This document shows positions 12,290 to 25,166 of a DNA stretch of 64,000 nucleotides, one piece after another (positions within the stretch are counted from its first letter, which is position 1; each line of letters starts with the position of its first letter). Position numbers and translations under genes: made by a program. The DNA lies in contig NC_043002.1 of the NCBI RefSeq assembly GCF_006345805.1, positions 30,256,001 to 30,320,000 of the forward strand, given 5' to 3'. Source of the DNA: Octopus sinensis. Taxonomy: Eukaryota. The notes beneath the pieces were generated by a model. That model was not told the origin of the DNA. It worked only from the letters and a program-made list of their open reading frames with translations, and made no database searches.

Positions 12290-13769
12290 ATGATCGGAAC
12301 TCATAAAGTTACTATTATGATTATAGTATGAGGTTTGCTTTTTTGTATTTAAATTTAAAGTGGTATCTGAAAATTAACTACAGCAACATAAGTGTCAGTG
12401 ACAATATACAAAACTATTTAAGGAAATAATTGCATGGGACATTTTGTGTCGACTATCGACTTCCTATCCTTTCATATTACGAGATGAAGAAAAGTCCATC
12501 TCAGTAAATTTCTATAGTATCGGTATTGTTGCACGTTGTGATTTGCCACTGTTAATGGTGATGGTTGTAGTCTTTGGTCATGGTGGTGGTGATAAGGAAG
12601 ACGACCACAACAACAACAATGGAATGGAGGGAGGGAGGGAAATGAATTATGTTAATGATAGCGGTTGATAGTACTGGTGGTATTTATATGAGCGTGCAAT
12701 AGTGTTGATTAAGATGATAGTGGTGAGGCTAATGTTAGTGGATTGTATCGTTAGGTGTTTCTTGTTGTTCTGTCCCCAACTGCATATCTATGAGAAGAAA
12801 ATCCTTTCCGAATATAACAGCGTAGCTGCTATTGATTATAGTCATGATGATGATTATGATGATGGTGGTTGTGGTGGTAGTCGTCGTCGTTGCCATGATG
12901 ATGGACATGAAGATTATGATGTTGGACATAAACAGCTAAGAAGACATAGGCGTAATTTCAACTCAGAGCAGAAGAAATAGCACCAGACATTTGTTTCAAC
13001 GCACTAACGATTCTTCCAGCTTGTTATCTTAATATATTGATGATGATGATGATGATGATGATGATCTATTTTACTTGCATCAGGGGCGTCATATGAAAGG
13101 GAACATTGCAAGAACGTTTTAAAATTTGTATGGGAGTTTACGTCAAAAACTAGAATGAAAGAAATAAATGGAGAGGAGAGCGAGAAAAAAAATGATAACA
13201 GTACACATAGTCTATAAAATATGTTAGTATCTCTACGATGCAGTCCTGATACAGTAAGACCTCCAGCTTGGGCCAAAAGTGTAGCCAATAGACTTGTCTT
13301 GCATTAAAAGCAGGCCTCACCACTTATCCGACAATTCAGTAGAATAACTCAAACATAGCTCTTCTTGTGTCATTAGAACGGAAACAGCTGCATTATTTTT
13401 CTGTTTGCATTTTTCTGGTTCAGTTGGTTGAGCAAAAAGGCACTCTCTTTTGTAACAACGTATCACTTACACACTTGTTTTGTCTGAGGCTGATTTATAT
13501 CCACTATTGCCCTTTAATTTGTAACGCTAGCAACGGTTGAGACATCGTTGTTGTTGCAATCTTACAATTTTATCATTTCCCTGTCAAATTGTGACTGTAG
13601 TTATAATTGTATATACTCATTTCGGTATCATGTATTCTGTAGCTGTGTTGTTCAGAAGCTTCCTTCCCGAACACGTGGTCTTGGGGTCAGCCATTCAGCG
13701 AGGCATTGGACGAGTGCCTTCCATTATAGTACCGGGCCAAAGCGTTATGTGTAGATATGGTACTCGAAG

Positions 13770-14030
13770 CTGATGATAGCCCCATATATATATGACACTC
13801 GCTGACGATACATAGAAGAGGCCAAGTAACAGAAGAAAGAAGAGGAAAGAAGACATGCACCCAACACCAGAGCTGAAGACACCTCCGAAAGGGGGGAGGC
13901 ACGTCAAAACGGTGGAGGAGTAGGGGCCGAAACCGGACGTGGTTCCTCCTGATGATGTCTTGAGCTAACTGGATCCTATAAAAGAGCTGTTGTGGTAGCA
14001 GACCACGAAACACGGTTGTAATTCCTTCCT
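13770..14030 (+). mobile_element. Penelope-like terminal-repeat fragment with decayed hammerhead-like motifs
   Basis: Four CTGANGA motifs and three CGAAA motifs with short stems in 240 nt, ending at a (TA)n tract. Confidence 0.45.
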
Positions 14031-14450
14031 ATATATATATATATAATATATATATATACAATAGATAGATAGATAGAGAGATGTGTATATTTGTGATTTT
14101 TGCGCCAAGCACCACTTTACAACCGATATTGGTATTTTCATGAAATCTAGGTGTGTATTTGATTTGTCATTACCACCTTTGTAGGTTCAAACGTTCCGAA
14201 ACTCCTTGATGGCGGAGAACAATAAAGATAAATAAAAAAAAATAGAATAAATGTCAGAAATTAATCGTGGAAAATATCTGCCAAGTGGAACTCTGTGAAA
14301 CGTGACTATTCACAGCGAACAATAACAGCAACAACTACAATATTATGCTTAAGATGGTGGTGATAATGAGATCAATAAAAACGAAGATAATGACAATAGC
14401 GATAATGAATTTCTTAATAGCGATAATAATGATAGCAATATTATTGAAAG

Positions 14451-14512
<62 letters not shown>

Positions 14513-14596
14513 CGCAGCAATAACGGTGGTGCTAGTAATGTAGTATCAATGACAGCTAGTAATAATACCAATAATAACACCAATTAAAAATAGATG

Positions 14597-14630
<34 letters not shown>

Positions 14631-15680
14631 TAATCTCATTTATGATCCTTTCCTGTTCCTCAGTCTTAGGTTTTGCATGAAGCATAAAAATAATAAACTG
14701 AAAAAAAAAGACAAACGAAAATAAAAAAAAATAATTATACGTAAAACACAACTATTATTGAACACAAAAGACACTCGCTTGGTGTCCATTTCGCTTTACA
14801 ATCACCAACATCTTCATCATCATCATCATCATTATCGTCATTACCATCATCATCGTCGTCGTCGTTGTCCCTGCTACGAACTACACCATCAGTGGCTAGC
14901 ACTATAGCTGACAGCGCCGCTGCTCACACAGTCGTATCCATTATTACTAGTATGTGCACCATCACCATTAACGACGACAAACGTTATCCTTATCATCATC
15001 AGCAGCAGCAGCAGCAATATCATCACCGTCATCATCATCATCATTATCATCGACATGACAGTTATCATAATCGCAACCAGCATCATCGCCATCATCAGTA
15101 GGACTACCACCGACACCATCATAACAACACCACTATCATCATCATCATCACCATCATCATGATCGTCATCATGATCATCAGCATTATCAATACTACCACA
15201 GCCGGCACCACTGCCGCAATCACCACACCCACCAACAGCAACACTATTGACTATTGTTTAAGAGTGCATTTCTCATTATTGTTATTTTCCAAATCATTTT
15301 TTTCTTTCTTTCATTCTTTCTTTCTTTCGTTTTCATGTTTCCGATAGTGATGACGGTGTCAATAATGGCGATGTTGTCGATTTGTTATTAAGAAAATGAA
15401 AATTTAACCTTCCATTGTCACCTCTGCCGCCATTTAACTTCCACTCCTATCCTCACCTTTTCTCTCCTTGTCACTCACTACCTCGCATCCCATGCTTATC
15501 TCACCTCTCTCTCTCTCTCTCTCACCCTCTCTGTCTTTCTCAGTCTGTCTGTATCTCTCTCTCTCTCTCTCTCTCTCTCTTCATCCGATGTGCATATAGC
15601 TTGATTTTTCCCTACGGGATGTAGATAGCACTGTGCTACGGCATCAATGAATGAAAGAGAAAAAACGTTACTCTCTCTTG

Positions 15681-15750
<70 letters not shown>

Positions 15751-16065
15751 TGTTGTATTATCGTAGGTGTTGGTTTTTTAGCATTATTGACGAACCATCC
15801 TATATACGTATTTATTTATTGCCAATTGTGATATGTTGTGGGGTTTAATCATAAAAGATACGAGTGGAAGGTTGGATCGGAAGTGATGAAGGAAGAAAAG
15901 ACACACACACACACACACACACACCAAGCCACACCAACCGACACCACACACACACGTCTGTCTCTTCTGTCTGCCAGCCTGTATATATATCTTTAGATGC
16001 AAATATAAGAATTAAGAGAAGTGAAAATCATAACACGGACAGCTTCTTATAATATACCATTTTAC

Positions 16066-16261
16066 TCTTTTACTTGTTTCAGTCATTTGACTACGGCCAT
16101 ACTGGAGCACCACCTGTTAGTCGAGTAAATCGACCCCAGGATTTATTTTTGTAAAAAAAAATAAGTCCTAAGTTACGAGGACATAAACACACCGGTATCA
16201 AATGTCAAGCGATGTTGGGACAGAAAGAAAGACAGACACACACACACAGACACACACACAC

Positions 16262-16296
<35 letters not shown>

Positions 16297-16470
16297 AGAT
16301 ATATACGACGGGCTTCTTTCCGTTTCCGGCTACCAAATTCATTCACAAGGCTTTGGTCGGCCCGAGGCTGCAGCAGAAGACACTTGCCCAGGGTGCTACG
16401 CAGTGGGAATGAGCCCGAAACCATGTGGTTGGTAAGCGAGCTACTTACCACACAGCCACACCTGCGCCTA
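16066..16470 (-). mobile_element. SINE family B
   Basis: TCTTTTACTTGTTTCAGTCATTTGACTACGGCCATACTGGAGCACC...CACAAGGCTTTGGTCGGCCCGAGGCT...CACACAGCCACACCTGCGCCTA (reverse complement of the element). Confidence 0.85.
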
Positions 16471-16965
16471 TTGTTACCACTCATCCACTCCTGCATACAC
16501 ACACACACACACACACACACGTATGTGTGCATACGTATGTTTGTTCAGGGAATTACAAAAAGAGTGGTATATTAAATATTCCATACAGGCAAGAAAGGAA
16601 CATATTTTATTTAATAATGCATTAATTTATTTAGCATATTAATGTGTTACTATGTAAGTATGTTACTGTGTTAGCACACACACGCACACACACACACATA
16701 CACATACGCAGATATTCTGCGAAAATGGCAGCTTCACTTGTTAGCGATGCTGCCATTTTCACAATGACTGTTTCACTTTCTCCGCCAAGAAACTTTGGGG
16801 AGGATGCCAACTATGGCACTTGGCGCTATATAATGGTAAGACGTCTTTTGGTGGCGGCTGTAGCGAAGTTGGGGTGTGAGGGTGGAGGTTTTTAACTGAA
16901 CTACTTTTCTTCATATTGTCGACTACAATGTGCATGCTTATTGGTGGTGAAGTCGGTGGTGGTGA

Positions 16966-17000
<35 letters not shown>

Positions 17001-17361
17001 CGTGGTGGTGGTGGTATGATGGTGCTCGTTTGTTCTGAACGAACGTACGGTATATTTTGGATGTTTGTCTTTCAATCTGCTCATCATTCTTTCATTGTCT
17101 CAAACGCTCTTCATCTGCCCATCTCTCTGTCAATGCTATTCTCTTTCTATCTTTGTTTATGATTTTGAGAATGAAAACACTAAAGTGTTCGAATAAGCAG
17201 GAAAATGCATAGAGCCTGGAAAATCTTTATTTACATTCCAGTATCTGTGCAATTATTATTGCATACATAGTATGGCTTCTCTGTCCGTTATTTACGCCAG
17301 CGTTAATATGTGTGGTTAGAGGTATCGGTAATCCCTAAACAGATGACGTGAAATTAACACA

Positions 17362-17407
<46 letters not shown>

Positions 17408-17635
17408 AGCAAAGTAACACCAATATCTTGCTCATAATTCAAGCACCACCAGTCCAGCAAATTTAGGCAGATGTGTTAGTTGATTATATTCACTTCAACA
17501 TATGACTTGTATCTTTATTTTACCGACCTCCCATTCACCCGCTGATGGAGGGGAGAACACAATGGGATTAGAAATCTGATTTTACAAGATCCGGAAGAAA
17601 TACCACAATGTAGGCGACACTAGCTCTATTAAAAT

Positions 17636-17844
17636 GATTTTAAATTTTGGCGCAACGCCAGCAGTTGCGGGGGCGTTGCATAAGTTGATTACATCAACCC
17701 CAGTGCTCAACTGGTACTTATTTTTATTCGATCTCAAAAGATGAAAGCCAAAGTCAACCTCGGTGGAATTTGAACGTGAAAACAGACGAAATGCCGCTAA
17801 GTATTTCGCTTGGCGTCTCAACGATTCTGCCCGCTCGTCGCCTT
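17636..17844 (-). mobile_element. SINE family A
   Basis: Reverse complement AAGGCGACGAGCGGGCAGAATCGTTG...GTTCAAATTCCACCGAGGTTGACTTTGGCTTTCATC. Confidence 0.8.
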
Positions 17845-18687
17845 AGATGTATTAAGATAGTGGAACTTGCAGTTGTATCATCGTGACTGGTGGGCTTGTG
17901 ATCAAAGACGTTCGTACCCTGACCACCTTATCTTTCATTAGGTCATTGTGTAATGTGCTTCTTTCGTAAGCGGCTCAGTGATTTGTGGAAAATCTGACTT
18001 TTGAAACGTTACGATACTCTGCAGCAGGTAGATTTTTGTCTGTCATGGTTATCTTGGATCTTGTGTCACAGGTTTCGGATTGAACAATGTAAATTAAATA
18101 TGTTGATCATAACATTCCTAAAACAGCAATCACGAACATTCCTTTATCTTATAATTGAAACTATATGATAGTTTATTTAACGCTCGTCTCAAATCAATTA
18201 CTAATTATCTAGCAAAATCCATTCGATGTAGATCGACTTGTGTATGGTTAAATGCTTTATTTCCAGCTTTGGAGTAAGTTCAATATATTTAGGGAAGTCA
18301 TACAAACGGATTTATCGATCATTAAAATAGTACATCAAATTTTATTCAAAACTCCTCAACTAAAAGTACAAGGACAGCAAACGAAACCTCAGCAGGATAG
18401 GAATTCAAAACCAAATTGAGAATAAGAAACAGAAAATTATTGTTCACTCTGACTCTATATTAAGGTATTTGGCAGGGTGTATGTTGACTCTTTTCTCCCT
18501 TAGGGATACGATTGATATTTGGGGTCAACACACGAGGAATTTATTCGAAAAGAAAAGAAAACTTTACCTCCAACAAAGATGGACATATTTCAGCTTATTT
18601 TCACTCGTCTTACTATTTTTCTTGTGTAAAATTCTGCTTTTTGCTTTTGGGGAATCTCTATCCCCTTCATTTCTGTTTTAAACACCG

Positions 18688-18737
<50 letters not shown>

Positions 18738-19815
18738 TTCATTCCTATTCCCTGTTTCAAACGTGACTACTTCTTTCTCTCTTTCTCCAGCATCCTCGCT
18801 TTCCGTTCCCTCTCTCTCTCCACCCTCCCCTCTCTTTTATTCCTCTTCCCTGTTTCAAATGCGTCGATTTTTCTAGCTTTCTCCATCACCCTCGTTTTCC
18901 CTCCCTCTCTTTCTCTCTCTCTCACACACACACACTCTCTCTCTCTCTTACCCCTTTCCCCCTCGTTATGCTTGTTATGTTCTCTCCTTCCCAGTTTACT
19001 TTTATATTTCTACTTCAACATTTCTTTGTTCAGAAAATATTAAATGCCCGATATCCTCATGGTATTTTACAGACCATCCTAAAACAACGAATGGAAGTTT
19101 CAAACTTCTTACATTGGTGAGAGATGGTGGAAATAATAAAATACTCAGATCGTCTGCAACTCTCTTTCGTTTTCTTCTTAAACATTCGTTTCTACATTCT
19201 ACTTCAGAAACTACAATATAGAAACAACAATATATATACACACAAACATATGTATACATATATATGCAAATACATATACATATATATTGCTATATGCAAT
19301 GTATATTAAATGCTTACTTATTCCATCTAGGGAGAGTTTACGAAAAAAACAAAAAGCGAAGACAGGTGGTGTACAAAACAAACATGTATTACTGTAACGC
19401 TCAGGAATAGAAAAAAGTCTTTTACTTTTCGAGCCTACGCTCTTCTACAGAAAGGGACACAGAAAAAACAAGGAGAGAAAAATAACGATCTATCATGATA
19501 GATCATTGACATTGGTATCGTGTTTGGTCAGCATTGATAAATACATCTTTCATTCTCTTTCGTTCATCTATTCACCCTATCGTTACAATGTAGCTCACCT
19601 CTGCACTCTTTCCTCCCTCTCTCTTTCTCTATCTCTTCCCCCTCTCTCTCTCTCTGCCAGCTCGCCGCCTTTCGTCGTGATGATAGACCAACAGTAATGG
19701 TAGAGTCCTGGACCCAATTCTTTGCCATATTTTTTTTAGGGCACCATCGCGTGCTAAGATTGGATTTCACTTAAATATATTTTATGTATTTCTACATGAA
19801 TTTAGCCAGGTTATG

Positions 19816-19850
<35 letters not shown>

Positions 19851-20196
19851 AATCGGGCTTTTGTCACCCACCGGTTAAAATCAGCGTTGGTTTGTTTACC
19901 TCACCGTAACTTAGCTGTTCGCAAGAAGAAACCGATATATTAAGTGCTGGAGTCAGCAGCAAAATAAAATATATAAATTCATTGTAGGGATGTGCATATG
20001 AAATAAAAATCAATCAAAACAGATAAAATCAAATATAATTGTCTAGATTGGAGAATCTTTCAGGAAAATGCCTTCCCATTGAGGATGATAAAAAGGAAGC
20101 ATAGGAGAGAAAGAAGACAGTGAGAGGGGGGGCTATTTACGGACATAAAACTGTTAAAGATTATTGTCTGACCTCTCAAGTGCAGGTCATACATTC

Positions 20197-20237
<41 letters not shown>

Positions 20238-21416
20238 CAATAATAATAAATGTATATGTGTGTATGTATATAGATATGTGTGTGTGTGTGTATATATATA
20301 TATACATACACACATACATACATACATACATACATGTGAATGCAAAACGACACTGCACCCTATCATCCCAGCTATTGTTGAATTTCCTATTGGGTGGGCA
20401 TTTGATAAAGGTGACAGAGGTCCAAAATATAGGGACAAAGGGATGGTCCAGAATCTGATTGGCCGTAGTCATAAAGAAAGGGCGCAGGTCATTTTGTTTG
20501 AACTGGTCAGATTTTCATTTAAAATTAATAAAAAAAAAGTAAATGGTTAGCAGAAGAGGAAAAAAGACAACAACAAAAAGAAATGGGATGCGGAAAAGGA
20601 TAGGAGAAAAGAAGGCAAAAGAAGAAAAGTTCAGATTAAAATATTGACACTTCCCTCCCTCATTGTGTCATGGTCGGGGTCAAAATTAATTTGCTTCAAA
20701 CGTCTTGAGAGATAGATAGATAGATAGAGACAGACGGACGGACAAATATTCATTATATCTATCATTAGTGAGAGAGAGGTCATACAAACACACACACACA
20801 CACACACACACTCACACACACACACTTGTATATGTTTATATGTATGCATACATATGCGGAGTAGAGGTGTACAGCTTGAAGATGCCATAGACTTAGGGAA
20901 ACTTCGAAGTTATTGGCAATAACAGGAATGATTATTACATATAGTATAGGATATATTCCACTTATAGTTGGAACCACTCAGTTAATAACCTAGAAGAAAA
21001 GAATAACATTTAGTCGATCCACAAACAGGGTCGATAAAATAAAATACCTGTCGCGCACTGGTGGCGATGGGCATGCACCTCAATCTGTCCCCGACAAAAT
21101 GGTTGGCGTTATTCCTATGTTAGAAAAGCATTTTTTTTTGGCTGAGACGACGTTCATGTTGTGTCCATTTCAGATTGTTTCCTATCGAACCACGCAACCC
21201 GTGGTCTTGGATGAGGAACATTTTATAATTTTAAGAAATGTTAATTAAACTATATGCTTCAGCGAGCAATGCTTTTTTTTTTGTTTGTTTTTTTAACACC
21301 TAATGAAGACTTCTTTGTCGATTTAGCTTCTCTCTCTTCTCTGTCTCTGTCTCTCTCACACCTCTGTCTCTCTATCTTTCTCTTGTTCTCATGTCTTTGT
21401 GCCTGCGTTCATCTCC

Positions 21417-21530
21417 TGCCACTGCTTGACAACCAGTGCTGGTTTGTTTACGTCCCTCCGTGAAATAAGCCCTTCAAGGCGGTGTCCCAGTATGGTCGCA
21501 ATCCAATGGCATAAACAAACAATAAAAGAT
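21417..21530 (+). mobile_element. SINE family B, 3' fragment
   Basis: GCTTGACAACCAGTGCTGGTTTGTTTACGTCCC...AAGGCGGTGTCCCAGTATGGTCGCA...AATAAAAGA. Confidence 0.6.
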
Positions 21531-21818
21531 ACGAGTGTTCGTATATGCATGTGTATGTATTTGTGTTAGTATGCATGTTTGATTACAGAATAAATTCTCA
21601 TATAGTCAGCGGAATTTAACGCGTGGTAGAGAACTTTGTGACATACATGCAATGCTTCTTTTTGCATCTGCGTTCAAATTACGCCTGAGATGGCTTTACC
21701 TTTACCTACCCCCCCCCCCTGTTCAATCTAATTGTTCACAACCCAGCTTTATGTACATGGCAAGAAATCTTTATAACAACGAACACGAGTCTTTAAAACT
21801 AATTGGTTTTATTTTAAA

Positions 21819-22205
21819 TCTTTTACTTGTTACAGTCATTTGGTTGCGGACATGCTGGGGCACCGCAGTGAAAGGATTTAATTAAACAAATCAACTTATT
21901 TCTAAAAACCGAGTACTTATCCTGTCGGTCTCTTTTGCTGAACCGCTATGTTATGGGTACGTATACACGCCAGCATCGGCTGTCGAGCGTTGGTGAGGAG
22001 ACGTACACAGACAGAAAGGCATACACACACACACACACACACACGACTGGTTTCCATCAGTTTCTGTCTACCAAATCCACTCACAAGGCTTTAGACGGCC
22101 CGATGGAAGATGGAAGACGCTTGTACAAGGTGCCACGCAGTGGGACTGAACCCGCAACCATGTGATGGGAAGCAAGCTTCTTAGCACTCACCAATGCCTG
22201 CACCT
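21819..22205 (-). mobile_element. SINE family B
   Basis: TCTTTTACTTGTTACAGTCATT...CTACCAAATCCACTCACAAGGCTT...GTGCCACGCAGTGGGACTGAACCC. Confidence 0.8.
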
Positions 22206-22493
22206 GTTGGTAATAAGGCTTCTTAAACGTCCTCTGCATTCCTATTATTAAAGTTTTTTTTTATTAAATCAAATATTTACATTCATTTAAATGGAAACAA
22301 ATCGTGTAAATGCTTTCGTTTAGATCAGACAAGCGATCTTTTGTGTAACACAAAAGGATAAATACATTTTTACTGCAGATTTAAATTTTGCTCTACAACA
22401 ATGAATATGCACCTATTGTACACCTCGCCCTCTACATCTCCGCATTTATCTTCTCTTTCTCAGACTAAGTGCCTTGGTAGCTTATATATGTGT

Positions 22494-22638
22494 GTATATA
22501 TATATATATATATAAATATATATATAAATATACATATATATATATAAATATACATATATATAAATATACATATATATAAATATACATATATATATATATA
22601 TGTATATATAATATATATATATATATAATATATATATG

Positions 22639-22693
<55 letters not shown>

Positions 22694-22735
22694 TAAATAA
22701 CATATATATATATTATATATATATATATATTTATA
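22494..22735. repeat. long imperfect (TA)n microsatellite (representative)
   Basis: Seen directly. Similar tracts lie at ~28175-28297, 30860-31240, 34150-34432, 40445-40830, 49625-50060, 57570-57727 and 58300-58727. Confidence 0.95.
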
Positions 22736-23680
22736 TGCACATCAAAGCTGTTGGCCTTTCACACTAATTTTAAATGAGACAGACACATGTGTTACATTTC
22801 TCATATTTTTGACGCTAATCTGGGATTAACCCACAACGATATGTGCAAATAAGTGCAGTTGCTGTCTATGAGTGGATGTGTGTTAGCTCACAGCTTAACT
22901 TCAATATCCTTTCCCGTCATCTTCCAAGTTAGCGGGAAACAACGTCTTCCTCTGTAGAAATGAAAATCTTCACTAAGGCTTTTTCATTATATATGTTTGC
23001 GCGGGCGCGTGTATATCTGTCTGTCTGTCTGTCTGTCTATTTATCTATCTATCTATCTATGTTTATTTCTATGTTTAGGTGTTTATACATGTGTGTCTCT
23101 GTATACATATACATACATATACACATATGTATAGAGAGAGAGGTAGATATATACACAATCACTCGAGTATGATAAAGGTCATGCGATAAAGGGAGACAAG
23201 CAAAACACGTGACTGAAAAAGCGTAGAAAAGGCAAAAATTGTACAAGTGTACAATGACTCTACGTAAGTATATATATATATGATACCCAACCATATAAAG
23301 GGTAAATAAATATATTTACTTGCCCTTATAACGTTGGGTATCAAATTAGTAAGGTTAAGTGCAAAGAACTGGCCTTTCATTTTTCTGGGATCAATGGCCT
23401 TGCGTCTGAATCCGAAAGTAATATTTAAGAGCTATTTCACACACTGTGAACATAAGTGGTCGAGATAATAGAGAGAATGGTAAACAAACGTTTGAGATTT
23501 CACCAGTTGTTGCTATGTTATGGTTAAAATACTTCTCAAAGTCCGAATGTCTAGCCAACGGCGGAGCTTTTATGTGACCGATTGATATGATACAATCACC
23601 TATAAATTATTCTCCCTCAAGCAACCCTGTATTGTGTTTGAAAGAGGAAGGATACATTAAGGAACAGAGTCCTGAATCCA

Positions 23681-24018
23681 TTATTTGCCTCAGTCATTAA
23701 GTTGCGGCCTTTCTGGGGCACCACCTTAAAAAAATTTGTCAAATGTATCACCCCCAGTACATTTTGTAACCATGGTATTATTTTTTTTATGTATTTTGCC
23801 GAAATGCTATGTTTCGAGGACATAAACACACCAACGTCGGTTGTCAAGCGGTGGTGGTGGGGCCAGACAGAAACACACACACACATACATACGACGAGCT
23901 TTTTTCAGTTTCCGTCTATCAAATGCATTCACAAGGAACTGGTCAGTCCGAGACAATAGAAGACACTCGCCCAAGGTGGTATGTGGTTGGGAAGAAAGCT
24001 TACCACACAGCCACGCTT
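23681..24018 (-). mobile_element. SINE family B
   Basis: CAGTCATT...GGACATAAACACACCAACGTCGGTTGTCAAGCG...TACCACACAGCCACGC. Confidence 0.75.
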
Positions 24019-24475
24019 GTGTTGAGGAGGTCAAACTGAGGACAAAACTGACCATATGTCTGTATGATTAGAGCTGACTTGGGTCTAAAGAACATAAACG
24101 AAAATACATTACTATTGACAACATTTACAAAATGCTGGAAATAACTAATTTTTGCTTGTTGATAATACCTAGGAGAATATTGGTTAATATATTTGATAAA
24201 TTTAGCCTGAAAATAGGCAGGATGGTCACGCTTGGGATATTCTAGAATATTGGTCTGCTGAATCAACACTAACCTGAGGTTGAATATAAACAATAAGATA
24301 AGGACCTTGTATGTGACCGTTCGACCTTTTAGCATGAACAGGCAAATGATCTCAAATCATGCGGAATGGTTTAGTTAGGGAAAGAGGAAGCGAAATTCCA
24401 TAATAAAGTCTCATATACACAATGACAGATATATATATATATATATATATATATGCGTGTATATATATATATATA

Positions 24476-24708
24476 TTCTTTTATCACTTTATTTGTTTTA
24501 GTCATTTGACTGCGACCATACTGGAATACAGCCTTTTAGTTGAACAAATCAACCCCAAGACTTATTCTATGTAAGCTTAGTACTCATGCTATCGATCACT
24601 TTTGCCGAACTGCTAAGTTTCGGGGCACGTAAACACACCAACATCGGTTGTGAAGCGATGGTGGGGGGACAAATACAGACACACAAACATATATATATAT
24701 ATATATTA

Positions 24709-24746
<38 letters not shown>

Positions 24747-24930
24747 CCTCGGGTCGACCAAAGCCTTGTGAGTGGATTTGGTAGACGGAAACTGAAAGAA
24801 ACTCCTCGTAAATGTATATATACAGGCTATAGCAGAAGACACTTGCCCAAGTTGTTACGCAGTGGGACTGAAACCGGAACCATGTGGTTGGAAAGCAAGC
24901 TACTTACCACATAGCCAGTTCTGCGCCTAT
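24476..24930 (-). mobile_element. SINE family B with an internal inversion
   Basis: Flanks are in minus orientation, while segment 24745-24823 is in plus orientation. Confidence 0.8.
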
Positions 24931-24949
24931 ATATATACGTATATAAATA

Positions 24950-25166
24950 TATGTGTGTGTTTGCTTTTGTCTTTATTTGTCCCCTCCCCACCGCCTGACG
25001 ACCGGTATTGGCTTGTTTATGTCCCCGTAAGATAGCGGTTTGGCCCAAGAAAGCGATAGAATAAGTACCGAGATTGAACAGAAAATTATTGAGGCCGGTT
25101 CGTTCAACATAAATTCAAGTCGCTGCCCCAGCATGGCCGCAGACCAACGACTGAAACATGTAAAAG
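24950..25166 (+). mobile_element. SINE family B, 3' half
   Basis: TTGTTTATGTCCCCGTAAGATAGCGGTT...GATAGAATAAGTAC...CCCAGCATGGCCGCAG...GACTGAAACATGTAAAAG. Confidence 0.7.

Noticed and set aside
17582-17821. ORF beginning MRRQAKY, resembling the SALL MSRRKQAKP start
   Set aside because: It is on the opposite strand, lies downstream of the N-terminal finger exon and falls inside a SINE family A copy.
22460-22740. Dozens of 60-190 aa ORFs rich in YI, CV, HT, SL or poly-I/poly-L
   Set aside because: Translations of (TA)n, (CA)n, (CT)n and (ATT)n microsatellites, which lack stop codons in some frames.
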